From Lama glama (Eukaryota): a stretch of DNA of 64,000 nucleotides. The DNA lies in NCBI GenBank assembly GCA_028534125.1, contig CM052816.1, positions 8,248,001-8,312,000 of the forward strand, read 5' to 3'. The position numbers and the translations under genes were made by a program. Shown here piece after piece: positions 26,100-36,765 of this stretch (position 1 is its first letter; every line of letters begins with the position of its first letter). Under the pieces are notes generated by a model. That model was not told the DNA's origin. It searched no databases and saw only the letters and a program-made list of their open reading frames with translations.

Positions 26100-29000
26100 A
26101 GGACCAGGCTGGGGGCACCGTACCGCAGAGATCCACTCTTTGTCCGTGGAATGTGGCTGCTGGTTCTCCCACTTGGATTTTGCTGGAATTCCCTCAATCA
26201 CACCATCCCGCTGCCATCACTATCACCTTCATACCTGTGTCAAGAAAACCTGCCTGTTTGCAAAAGCTATCACGACTTCAGAGCAAATGGCCACATCTCC
26301 CCATCCCCACCTGTCACTCTCGCTCTCTGTCCTCGGCCAGGGAGGGGCTTCCTCAGGCCCAGGTGCCCGGGGTGCCAGCCCCTGGACCCCCTCCCAGCTG
26401 CCGTTGGCCTGGTCTTGCCTTGGCTGTAGGCCTGAGCGCCCAGCTGTGTGTTCCCTCAGGGGCTGGGGAGGAGGGGCGCAGTCAGGAGGAATGTGGCATC
26501 TGCCTGGCCGTCTCCCTGATCTCTCCTCTTCTGAGGCCTCCCAGGGAAGGGCAGATGAAGCCCCAACTCCCCGAGCCAACCTCCCCTGTGGGAGAGGGCG
26601 AGAGAGGAGCAGACGCCAGGAGCCTCCTGCCTCAAACTGCCTTCCTAGCTCTTCTCCCGTCCTGTCCTGCCTTCCTGGTCTGCAGCTGACCCTCCTCCCT
26701 CAGTGTGGGGGGGCGCGATCCTCTCAGGGTGCCCCCATTTCTTTCCTCCTTCTGCTGATGTCCCCTCCAGCACTAACCGCCCCTTCCACCCTTCCATCAG
26801 GCCCGGGGAATTCCAGCTTCGTCACATCCGAGGAGAGAATCTGATTGCTTTTTGGGGGCAAAAGAAAACAACGTTTAGGTATCACTTCTACTTGGACCGC
26901 ATGCCTTTTTATAGCCAAACTTCTGTGTGTTTCGTAAATGGATTTCGCGTTAATGGATATTTATGTAATAACTAGACCTCTCAGATTATTGTGAGAATGG
27001 TTGGGTTGGGAAGGAAAGTGGGAAGAGGTTGAGGGGTAGTTTTTTCTGTTCAAGGTCTTTTTGTTTTTTTCTTTCTTTCTTTCTTTCCTTTTTTTTTTTT
27101 TTTTTTGGTCATCTCTGAGATGGACTTTGTCACTTGTGGTTATCTGGGGCGGAGGTGGACTCAGCCCCGGGGAAAGGATCTCTCTGACATTTCAGACCCA
27201 AGTTTCCCTTCAGGACTGGAGAAGCATCACATGGTAGTGCTGACGAAGAAACAGCAAATCAGGGCAGAGAGAGTAGGGGAGGTTGTCAGGATGGCAGTGT
27301 CTAGGCTTTTCCTTGCTTGCCTCCCAAACCGGGGTCCTTACTACCATGCTTCCCAGGATTTCCTCCCACCACATCTGTGTACCACCCCTGGCGCCCCCCA
27401 CCCACCCACCTCTGAGGGGTTCACGAGCATGTGTCTTCATGCGGGTCCAAAAAGAACGCTGCAATTTCTACTCTTCACACCTCCTCCTGCAGTCGTGGGT
27501 TCATATCTTTCTTTTCCTTTCTCTTTCCCTCTTCCCTTGGGAATTGACTCTGATGTGGAATGCCTTGGCACGTCCACTAGGATCTACTGTCTGCACTGTT
27601 TTCTTTGCATGACTTTATATGCAGTAAGTATGTTGAAAAAAAAAGAAAAGAGGAAAAAACACTCAGCAAAATCAATCTACATGTTTTGGACAAAAAAAAA
27701 AAAGAGGTTGTATTCTCAGTGTCCGACTCGGAATTATGTTGCTGCCTCTCTGTGCTTTTGGCCTCTGTGTGGCCGTGTTTTGCCAGCATGAGATACTGTC
27801 CCCTCTTGGAGGATTTTAGGGGAGGAAGAGCCACATCCCCAGGGATTTAGAGGAGGCTCTGGTTCCCCCAAACCCCTGGGGAATCCTGGGTGTTGAGTGG
27901 AGCAGGACTGATGTGGGTGTTTGACCCAGGACTTCTGAGTTTTTCCCGATCACAAGCTGTCTGCTGGGCTCATTCTGTCGGCAAGGGCTGCTGCCCCCGG
28001 TACAGGTGAGGCAGGCTGGACGGGGGCTACAGGCCAGGAGAGAGGCTGCCCAGCCCTCCTGGTCTCCAAACTGGTCGATCACTGGCCTCCACCCTTGGCA
28101 GAGACCCTACTGCCGAGGCCCAGGGTGGGCACTTGACCTGCCCCAGGTCCAGAGGGCTTCCCAGTAAGGCCCAGTGATCCCAGCATCCCAGCAGCAAAAC
28201 CACCTGCCTCCCTTGTGAACTGCCAGCTCCCACAGCCATCCCCAAGCCAAAGGTGAGGGGCTGCTGCTATTACCAAGGCAAAGTCTGGTCCTTCTTCAGC
28301 CTCAGTTTCCCTCCCCTCTGTTCAAAGGGTTAAATGTTCCCGCCCAGCCTATGTTGCAGGGGTGCTGGGGTGGGGATCAAATAAGATGGTGAGGTGAAGC
28401 CCAGTACGCCCATGAGAACCAACAGGGTGAGTCACTGGCTGGTCTTCCATTCCTCTCTGGGCCTGTCCAGTCCCCCTGCCCTCCCCCGCCCACCCCTCAT
28501 CCCCCTCTTTGGTGCCTGTCTGCTGCTGATTCGCAGTGGACTGTGGGGGAAAGAGCCATGGTTTGGGGGTTATTAGGATTCCATTCGCATCTCTGATCAG
28601 ACTCACTCTGTGACTTTGGGCAGGTCCTTTCCTTGCTCTGGCCCTCGGTTCCCCACCAGAGGAAGCTGAGCTAGAGGACACCAAAGTCCTGCCTTTTACC
28701 TGCTGACACACTTCCTGTCCACTGTGCCCCTCTCTGGGTACCAGAGAAGGAGAGGCCAGTCCCTACCCCAGGCCAAGATGGCCCCACTGCAAAGGCCACA
28801 CCTGTGGGTGGGCAGTCAGCTGGTGTAGACGCCAGGGCACCAGCGTGATCCTGAGGCAGCCGGCAGGGAAGACTGGCAGACAAAGTGGCCCAGAGCCGAC
28901 CCCCCACCAGACAGTCAGACATCCTATAGATGCAAAAAATCCAGCCCTAAGACAAGTCCCAGGCTCCAGCATGCAAACGCGTTAACGGGAAAGCATTCTC

Positions 29001-29295
29001 CCGGACGTGCGCCCAGCGAGCGCTGACCCTGACCCCTGGCCTCCTGTCTCCCTTCAAGGGGAGACCCCTTAGGGGATGTATTTGCCAGACTCCCCGTGCT
29101 GGTTTCTTTGTTACTATTTGTTTGGGGGTTTGTTTCAATTCTCTCTTTTCTTTTTTTAAAAAATCTGTGGCTGTGAACTTGAATGACCACTGCTCAAACT
29201 TTCTGCTATTGTGGGCTTGGGGGTGGGAAGAAGGGGTGTCTGTTTTATTCTTGGTGTTTTCAGTGCAATAAATAGCTACAAACTTCTGTGCCCTC
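26100..29295 (+). other. CAMK2A: CAMK2A long 3'UTR (~3.2 kb)
   Basis: Follows the stop codon; U-rich tract at ~27050-27106; ends with AATAAA at 29267-29272 just before the gap; a long dendritically localised 3'UTR is established for this gene. Confidence 0.85.
29267..29272 (+). terminator. CAMK2A distal polyadenylation signal AATAAA
   Basis: Canonical hexamer at the end of the 3'UTR, followed by TAGCTACAAACTTCTGTGC. Confidence 0.88.
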
Positions 29296-29795
29296 NNNNN
29301 NNNNNNNNNNNNNNNNNNNNNNNNNNNNNNNNNNNNNNNNNNNNNNNNNNNNNNNNNNNNNNNNNNNNNNNNNNNNNNNNNNNNNNNNNNNNNNNNNNNN
29401 NNNNNNNNNNNNNNNNNNNNNNNNNNNNNNNNNNNNNNNNNNNNNNNNNNNNNNNNNNNNNNNNNNNNNNNNNNNNNNNNNNNNNNNNNNNNNNNNNNNN
29501 NNNNNNNNNNNNNNNNNNNNNNNNNNNNNNNNNNNNNNNNNNNNNNNNNNNNNNNNNNNNNNNNNNNNNNNNNNNNNNNNNNNNNNNNNNNNNNNNNNNN
29601 NNNNNNNNNNNNNNNNNNNNNNNNNNNNNNNNNNNNNNNNNNNNNNNNNNNNNNNNNNNNNNNNNNNNNNNNNNNNNNNNNNNNNNNNNNNNNNNNNNNN
29701 NNNNNNNNNNNNNNNNNNNNNNNNNNNNNNNNNNNNNNNNNNNNNNNNNNNNNNNNNNNNNNNNNNNNNNNNNNNNNNNNNNNNNNNNNNNNNNN
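29296..29795. other. Assembly gap (exactly 500 N)
   Basis: Run of N characters; the round length suggests a placeholder. Confidence 0.99.
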
Positions 29796-30509
29796 TAAGC
29801 GTGGACATTCGAGGGCCGTCTTCCTCAAACCACGTTGCCAAAGCCCTCTGCCTGCCCTGCCAGGGAGAAGAGCCCCAGACTCTTCAGTGAAGGGAGACAA
29901 CCAACATGGAGTAGAGCCTGCTGAGTGTAGATTCCATGGGAGATACTGTGAGCAGTACCCTAGTCCAGGGCGTAGCACAGCCTCATACTCAGAGCACAGT
30001 GATACCCACTAAAATGCATTGAGAGTATGCTACCCCGCTGCTCAGAAGCCTACCAAAGTCTTCTCGTCTCATTTGAAATCCAAAATACTCCTGCCCCCGT
30101 CTATCTTCATGATCTTGGCTCTGGTCACTCCTTCTCCGCCCTCTCTGATCCAGTCTCACTGACCTCCTTGCTGGCCTTAAAACGGCCAGCCCTTCCTGCC
30201 TCAGGGCCTTTGCACTGACTGTCCTTCTGCCTGGAATGCTCTCCCCTTAGACGTCTAAACCAATCATCTTGGCTATTTAGTCAGGTCTCTGACACCTCCT
30301 CAGAGGTCTCCCCCACCGTCAGCCTGGCGGGAACACCATCTTCCATCACTCTCTGTTCTTATACTCTGGTTTTGTCATATTTTGTTTGCTTTTAAGTACT
30401 GCACTTACCACTGCCTTCATGTGTTTACTTGTTTATTGTCTGTCTCTTGCATGAAAATCCCTGAGGGCAAGGGCTTAAAGATTTGTTTCCTGCTGAACAC
30501 TGGTGCCTA

Positions 30510-30740
30510 CCAAGGTTTCTCAATCCGAGAGCACTGCTGACACTTTGACCTGGAGGGCTCCCCGCTGTGGGAGCTGCTCTGTACCATGAAGGGTGTTTAG
30601 TGGGATCCCTGACCTCTAGATGCCAGTAGCATTCCCCCTCCAACCCTATCCCCTTGTGACAAACAAAACTGTCTTTAGACAGTGCCAAATGTCCTCTAAG
30701 GGCAAAATCACCCCCTGATTTTGAAGTGAGAACCCATGGC
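30510..30740 (-). mobile_element. MER20-like hAT-Charlie non-autonomous DNA transposon
   Basis: ggtttctcaa ... tagatgccagtagca ... tgccaaatgtcctctaagggcaaaatcaccccc ... gagaacc matches the recalled MER20 reverse complement. Confidence 0.75.
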
Positions 30741-30749
30741 CTAAAACCG

Positions 30750-31165
30750 AGCACTTACCACGTCCCAGCTCTGTGCTAAGTATGGGCTCATTTAATCCTT
30801 ACAGCATTTTTATGAGAGGGATGTTATTACTTTTATTATTATTACCTCCACCCCTATGGATATTATCTGAAAGTAAGATTCAGAGACATTAAGTTGGCCA
30901 AGGTCACACAGGTGGGAAATGGTGGTGCTGGCATTTGAATCTAGGCTGTCTGACCCCATTCTGAAAATTCAAAAATACTCTGCTTTTCTGCCTCTCACAG
31001 TACTATGTTGATGAGTTTTTCTTCTCACAGCAACCCTATGGGCAGGTATCACTGTCCTCGCTTTAAGAACAGGAGAAAGCAAGGTTCAGAGAGGTACATT
31101 CACTTGCTTAAGGTCACAGAGCTAGCAAGTGGCAGACCCAGGATTCCGATCCCAGTGTGTCCATG
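30750..31165 (-). mobile_element. Two adjacent MIR SINE fragments
   Basis: ctcatttaatcct ... aaggtcacacag ... tttgaatctaggctgtctgac, followed by a second core at ~31025-31165. Confidence 0.65.
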
Positions 31166-31796
31166 CCGGAACCCTGGTTTCTGAAGGTGGCACTCCTGAG
31201 CTGGGCAATGACTCCTCTGACAGGCTCACCAGTCCCCCCAAAACCTGCCCCCTCAGCCTGGCTGTGGGCGATGGTGACAGGAGGGTGGGAGGGAGGCAAA
31301 GCAAGGCTTGGGAACCATGAGCTTCCTGGGGGCTGGAGCCTCCACCCTGAGCAACATCCCTCCCTTCTTCCTTTCTCAGACACCGTGGCTCACATGCAAG
31401 GAGACGAGTTTCCTTTAGTAGCACAGTTGGGGCTCTTAAGGTTCAGAGAAGGCAAGGGGTTTGCCTCAAGTCACACAGCACTTGGAGGCAGAGCAGCGGC
31501 TGGACTCCAGGATTCCCCTGTGGTCTGTGCTGTGTGAACACAGCCCACTTCTGCCAAGGAAGGGCTCTGAGCCCCTCTCCAGAAGCTGAAGGACAGCCGA
31601 GGAACCGTGGGGTGTAGAGGAGTCGGGGCAGTAGTGTGCTGGTGAGCAGGCTGGGGAGGAGGGTGAAGGGGCACAAGAGGCCTGACGTCAATTTCAAGCC
31701 AACAATGGTTTAACAGCTGGCTCAGAACATTCCTGAATATTTAACAATGAGCTCTGATAAAGCAGTACTAGTGGTCCTGTACACCCCTGAAGGAGA

Positions 31797-31846
31797 GTGT
31801 GTGTGTGTGTGTCCGTCCTTCCGCCCGTCCGTCCGTCCGTCCGTCC
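31797..31846. repeat. Compound microsatellite: (GT)n followed by imperfect (CCGT)n
   Basis: gtgtgtgtgtgtgtgtccgtccttccgcccgtccgtccgtccgtccgtcc. Confidence 0.85.
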
Positions 31847-32602
31847 CAAGGCTGTCTTTGGGCCCCTAGCAGGCTCGCTCAGCTCCGCTCACTATGATAG
31901 CCTCTTGCTACCAGAGGACTCCACACCCAGGCCTCAGAAGTGGACGGCTCAGTGTGCAGAGGGCACTTGAGGCTCAGAGAGGGGCGGGATCTCCAGTGGC
32001 CACACAGTATCACAGCATGTCCACGGGCCCATAAAAGGTCCCTCTTCCCCTCTTCCGAGCCTGCAGATCCCCATGCCAAACAGCTTGCATGCTCGATGCT
32101 TTCTGGATCTCTCCACAAAGCCCTGGCTGTGGGGCAGGGCTCCTGCTCACAGGAGAGTGACAGCCCACCTTTTGGGGTCCCTCAATATTGTCTCTGACCC
32201 TGAGTTCCACAGGGAAGCCAGGGGCCTGAGTTCAATTCCTGAGCCCTGCCCAACTCATGGGGCACTGGATAAGCCCCTTGGCCTTTTAGGTTCCCCCGAG
32301 ACATGTGGGCATCGGCCAACATCAGTGGTCTTTGGATTGTGCAACCCGCCCCCCTGCAGGCCCCGAAGGTTGTAAGGGGCCTCAGGGCAGGACTCTAGCC
32401 CCCAGGGCTGCCACAGTCCCAGCAGATCTGAATTGATTCATAGTTCAGGCTACTCGTTAGGAAAACATGCTTTTTGGGTAAAAAGAACCCTGCAGTTTCT
32501 GGAAAAGGTGTTGGTGCAGACATTTTGTGTCCTAGGGGGTGGGCCCAGGGCAGGGCCACAGGCCGGGGAGGCTGAGGGCAGGCAGGGGTCGGGCAGACTC
32601 AC

Positions 32603-32770
32603 CTCCCAGAGCGAGCCCTCCTCTCGCAGCACAGCCACCAGCATGCCGGCCGGGATCATGAGGCAGGACAGCAGGCCCATCAGGATGCCCAGCAGCTCCG
32701 CCCAGGCTGGGAAGCGGTAGCTGCCATACTCTGAGGGCTGGTACTTGACAATGCTATACACCAGCAGGGC
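32603..32770 (-). CDS. SLC6A7: SLC6A7 exon 13 (ALLVYSIVKYQPSEYGSYRFPAWAELLGILMGLLSCLMIPAGMLVAVLREEGSLWE); ends at a splice donor without a stop
   Basis: AG/GT boundaries; 168 nt; exons 1-13 sum to 1701 nt (567 codons) in one open frame. Confidence 0.96.
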
Positions 32771-33342
32771 CTGTGGGGGGGGGGGGCTCCCAGCATCACA
32801 GTGGGCCTCGGGCAGGCCCCGGGGCTTGGGCTAGCCCAGGTCTCAGCTACCTCAAGCTGCCTCGAGCTGCCAGAGATAGCTCGGCCCGGGGCCATCCCAA
32901 GGCCTGAGAGAGCCCAGCCCAGAGCCACCCGTCTCAGAGGTAGGCCAGTCCCAAGCTGTAGCAGAACCTGAGCTGGTCCCGAGACAGCCCTGCCCCAGGC
33001 TGACCCACTGCCAAGGCCTGAGACAGCCCAGCTCTGGAACACCCTAATTCCTAAGATGGCCTATCCCTGAGCTGCTCCAACCCTAAGGCCGAGAAGCATA
33101 GCCTCAAGGCCCCTGCCCTGAGGCCCGAGAAAGGCCCAGTCATTTTGCCAACCAAACGCAGGGCCGGGCCCAGCACAACTGCAGAAGCCAGAGGCCTCAG
33201 GGAGGAGGGGAGCAGACCTGGGTCCTGGTGCCCAACCCACCCCTCTGCCCCCACAGAGGTCCTACCAGACTGAATGCCCAGAGAGGCCCTGCTCTCAGCC
33301 CCGAGCCCCCAGCCAGCAGCCCTCCCTTCCACCCCCGGTTAC

Positions 33343-33443
33343 CAGGAGCGTGGCTGGGGACAGGAACAGCCAGCAGGCCCTGAAGTAGAGGCCCGGCTTG
33401 AAGCCCAGCATCATGTGGATGTCCCGGCAGAACCTCTGGATGC
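33343..33443 (-). CDS. SLC6A7: SLC6A7 exon 12 ([34 protein letters not shown])
   Basis: AG/GT boundaries; 101 nt. Confidence 0.97.
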
Positions 33444-33635
33444 CTGCACAGGGAAGGGAGGAGAATGGCCCCACCCACAGGCCCCACAAGCACCAGCGGT
33501 GCCCCCTCCACCCCAGTTGCCCCCGCCAGAAACCCTGGCCCTTGGGACCAGGGACCCAGCACAGGGGGAATCCAGGGTAGACGCCCATTCTCCCACTGTG
33601 GGGAGCCTGACTCTGCCTCCCACAGCCCCTCTCAC

Positions 33636-33735
33636 CATACACCCGGGTGACAGCGAGGCACGTGGTGATCACCACCACCATTAGTCCGAAGCTGGCGCTG
33701 TAGTCGTCCAGAAGGACCAGCCAGTACATGCCGCC
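33636..33735 (-). CDS. SLC6A7: SLC6A7 exon 11 ([33 protein letters not shown])
   Basis: AG/GT boundaries; 100 nt. Confidence 0.97.
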
Positions 33736-34218
33736 CTGGAATACAAGTCACAGCTCTGGGGTCCCCTCATCTCAGCCTCACTCCCCAATGCAACCCCTTC
33801 TCCAGGTAGAAAGCGAGCAGGAAGCAGCCAGGCTGGCGGGGAGGGCAAGATGATGACAGTGTGACCGCTGTCCTCCTGCCAAGCCCCTTATCATCTGACT
33901 TGAGTCTCAAAACCAGCCTAGACATAGACCCCATTTTATCAGTGGGAAAACAGGTTTAGAGAGGTGAAGCCACTTGTCCTGCGGTCACTCAGCAAGTGCA
34001 GGATCGAGGCTTGAACCTAGGTCTTTTAGACTCCAAAGCCAAGATTCTGGGTCATAGGCCAAGCTGCCCCCTGGGAGAGAGGGCCTGGGGTGGACTAGGT
34101 TCCTCCCAAGAGGAAGAAGCAGGGAGTCCGGGGAGCGCACAGCCTGGCCACAGACAGTGCTGCAGGTGCCTGCCCCAGCCGTCCGCGCTGGCTGCCCCCA
34201 CCCTGCAGCGCCACTCAC

Positions 34219-34350
34219 GTCGGTGGTGAGGACCAGCCCCATCAGGTACATGGCCACGCAGATGAGCCCCGAGAACACAGCCTTCTTGGGCCGCAGGTAG
34301 TAGGGGAACTCGTCTGTCACAGCTGTCACAATGGTCTCCAGGAAGGCAAA
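34219..34350 (-). CDS. SLC6A7: SLC6A7 exon 10 (FAFLETIVTAVTDEFPYYLRPKKAVFSGLICVAMYLMGLVLTTD)
   Basis: AG/GT boundaries; 132 nt. Confidence 0.97.
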
Positions 34351-34390
34351 CTGGGGGGAGGAGAGGAGGAGGGTCAGAGTTCTGCCTCCA

Positions 34391-34572
34391 GCACACACGT
34401 ACACACACAGAGAACACCACACAGACACAGAGACACATACGCGTCACACACAAACACACACACACACAGAGATACACATCACCCACATATCATGCACACA
34501 GACATATCACACATAGACACCCACAGATACACACAGAGAGACACAGACACACACACATCACAGACACACACC
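34391..34572. repeat. Degenerate (CA)n/(CAGA)n low-complexity tract in SLC6A7 intron 9
   Basis: About 180 nt dominated by ACAC and AGAC units. Confidence 0.85.
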
Positions 34573-34605
34573 ACGAGGCGCACCCACTGGCAGAGACAAG
34601 CTCAC

Positions 34606-34718
34606 CTGGCTGTCCAAGCCGAGGGTCAGCAACATGAAGAAGAAGAGGAAGGACCAGAAGGGTGAGAGGGGCAGCATGGTCATGGCCTGTGGGTAGACGA
34701 CAAAGGCCAGGCCGGGGC
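34606..34718 (-). CDS. SLC6A7: SLC6A7 exon 9 ([38 protein letters not shown])
   Basis: AG/GT boundaries; 113 nt. Confidence 0.96.
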
Positions 34719-35407
34719 CTGGGCCCAGGGCACACGGGGTCAGCAGCCTGGGGAACTCGGGGGCCCCACACTCATACTCAAACGCACACGGTCGCTTACA
34801 CCCACTGGGCACGCTAGTTTGGCCAAATGCAGAAACGTACACTCACTGCCTAGTTCCAACACTCACTCCAGACAGGCCCGCACACTGTCAGTGATCTACA
34901 AACACAGGCTGATAAATTAAATGAATTAATGAGCAATGAGTAAACAGAAAATCAAATAGAAAGCCTCATTTGAATATGCTTATGTACACAATCACTTGCA
35001 CAAACAATTCCATGAACACACATACTCAGGCACTTCCACTGACAAAAGACACTGACTCACAACACCATTCAAACCCTCAATTCACTAGCAAAGGCATCTC
35101 CACACAGGATGTGACTCATTCGGACAATTAGGGCAAGCTTCTAAGGCTTGACAAAACAGAAGACCACCTCCTACAGAGAGTCGCTTATCTCCAGACCCAG
35201 ATAGACACATACTCATTCGCACCCCCATCCCTTTGCACTTGGACACCCAGACAGCAGCTAAGACACATTCATTCGTGTGTCCACACACCCACATGCACAC
35301 TCAACACACCCACCCACAACCTTGCTGGCCCACACATACACCCTCTTGCCCAGCCCATCTGGGCTCGACACATACCCTCACCCGCCAGGGCCGAGCAGCC
35401 TGCCCAC

Positions 35408-35532
35408 CTGCTTTGGCTACTTGGTCCACAGGCACACCCAGCTCCTGAGACATGTAGCCCAGCACGGAGAAGATGGCAAAGCCAGCCAGGATGCTGGTGA
35501 TGGCGTTGCCCAGAGTAACAATGAAGGTGTCT
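35408..35532 (-). CDS. SLC6A7: SLC6A7 exon 8 (DTFIVTLGNAITSILAGFAIFSVLGYMSQELGVPVDQVAKA)
   Basis: AG/GT boundaries; 125 nt. Confidence 0.96.
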
Positions 35533-35634
35533 CTGCCGGGGAAGTCCAGACACAGGCCAGCGTGAGCAGGCCCCACCCTCACCCTGCGAGGCCCTCCCGA
35601 CTCCGGGCCCACAGGTCTGGGAGGCAGCACTGAC

Positions 35635-35738
35635 CTATAGATGTTCTGGTGAAATGTGTTGTAGGAAGCAAAGGTGAGGAGCCCTCCGAAGCCCACACCC
35701 AGGGAGTAGAAGATCTGAAGAGCAGCTTCGATCCACAC
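35635..35738 (-). CDS. SLC6A7: SLC6A7 exon 7 (VWIEAALQIFYSLGVGFGGLLTFASYNTFHQNIY)
   Basis: AG/GT boundaries; 104 nt. Confidence 0.97.
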
Positions 35739-36064
35739 CTGTGGCAGGGAGGGGTGCAGATGGAGGGCAGAGAGAAGGGGCTGGCACACCGTGGTGTCCC
35801 GAGGAGGAAGGAGATGGGGCACGAGCCAGTTGACAGGTCCAGGGATGCTGCGGTGAAGAGCCTGGCTCACAAGTGACACGGGCCCTGCTCCATCACTTGG
35901 GCAAGTTCCTTCCCCTCTCTGAGCCTCATTTCCCCATCCAGGGTGTAGCAGATGCTTTCTAAGCTTGATCCAATTCTGAAGGAAGCAGCGCCTTGTGTAA
36001 ATTTTTAGTAGATGCACACTGACAATAAGCCCACATAACCCCTTTACTTCCCTGGAGTTGGAGG

Positions 36065-36510
36065 GGCCTGGCTTCGACTCCCAGCTCCACCACTTTCTAG
36101 CTGTGTAGCCTGGGGAGGCCACATCGCCTCTCTGGGCCTCTGGACCTTCATCTGTACTGAGGGGATAGGAACAGTACCTCCCTCAGAGGGCAGTGGTAAG
36201 GATTACGTGACTTACCGATATGCCAAGTGCTAGAGCAGGCTCAGGCACAGTCATCCGTTAGTAAATAAGAAACGTTAGCTGTCAGTACCATTGTTGGTTC
36301 TGTTATGCCCTCCTTGGGGTTTGGAGTCAGACAGATCTCAGTGGGAATCCCAACTCTGCCACTCCCTAGCCATGTGACCTTAAGCTCATCACTAACGCTT
36401 TAGGGCCTTGGGTTCTTCATCTGTAAAATGGGAGAATAAAGTCTACTTCATAGGATTGTGAATAATAATGAAGGAAAAAGACACAGTGCCAAGCACAGTG
36501 CCTGGTACAG
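36065..36510 (+). mobile_element. Two adjacent MIR SINE fragments
   Basis: tggagtcagacag ... atcccaactctgccact ... tgtgacctt ... catctgtaaaatggg ... cataggattgtg. Confidence 0.7.
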
Positions 36511-36630
36511 GGGGCTCACCACGTGGAGGATTCCTCCACCCCCCGCCCCTCTTTTCCCCAGGAAGCTCTCTTTCCACCCCCCAACTCAGGCCTGACCCCT
36601 CCCTCCGCATGCCGGCTTCGAGGGCCTCAC

Positions 36631-36765
36631 CTTGGAAGACAACAGGTGGTGGAACTGAGGGGTGAGATAGAACTGGATGCCCTTCCAGGCCCCTGGGAGG
36701 GTGACTCCGCGGACCAGCAACATGAGCAGAATGAGGTAGGGGAACGTGGCCGTGAAATACACCAC
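36631..36765 (-). CDS. SLC6A7: SLC6A7 exon 6 ([45 protein letters not shown])
   Basis: AG/GT boundaries; 135 nt. Confidence 0.97.

Noticed and set aside
25936..27791. 302-, 213- and 228-aa ORFs overlapping the CAMK2A last intron and 3'UTR
   Set aside because: No recognisable domains, low-complexity composition and non-ATG starts; expected by chance in GC-rich UTR sequence.
28947..29978. Long ORFs of 193-343 aa in the ORF track
   Set aside because: Artefacts of translating through the 500-N gap.
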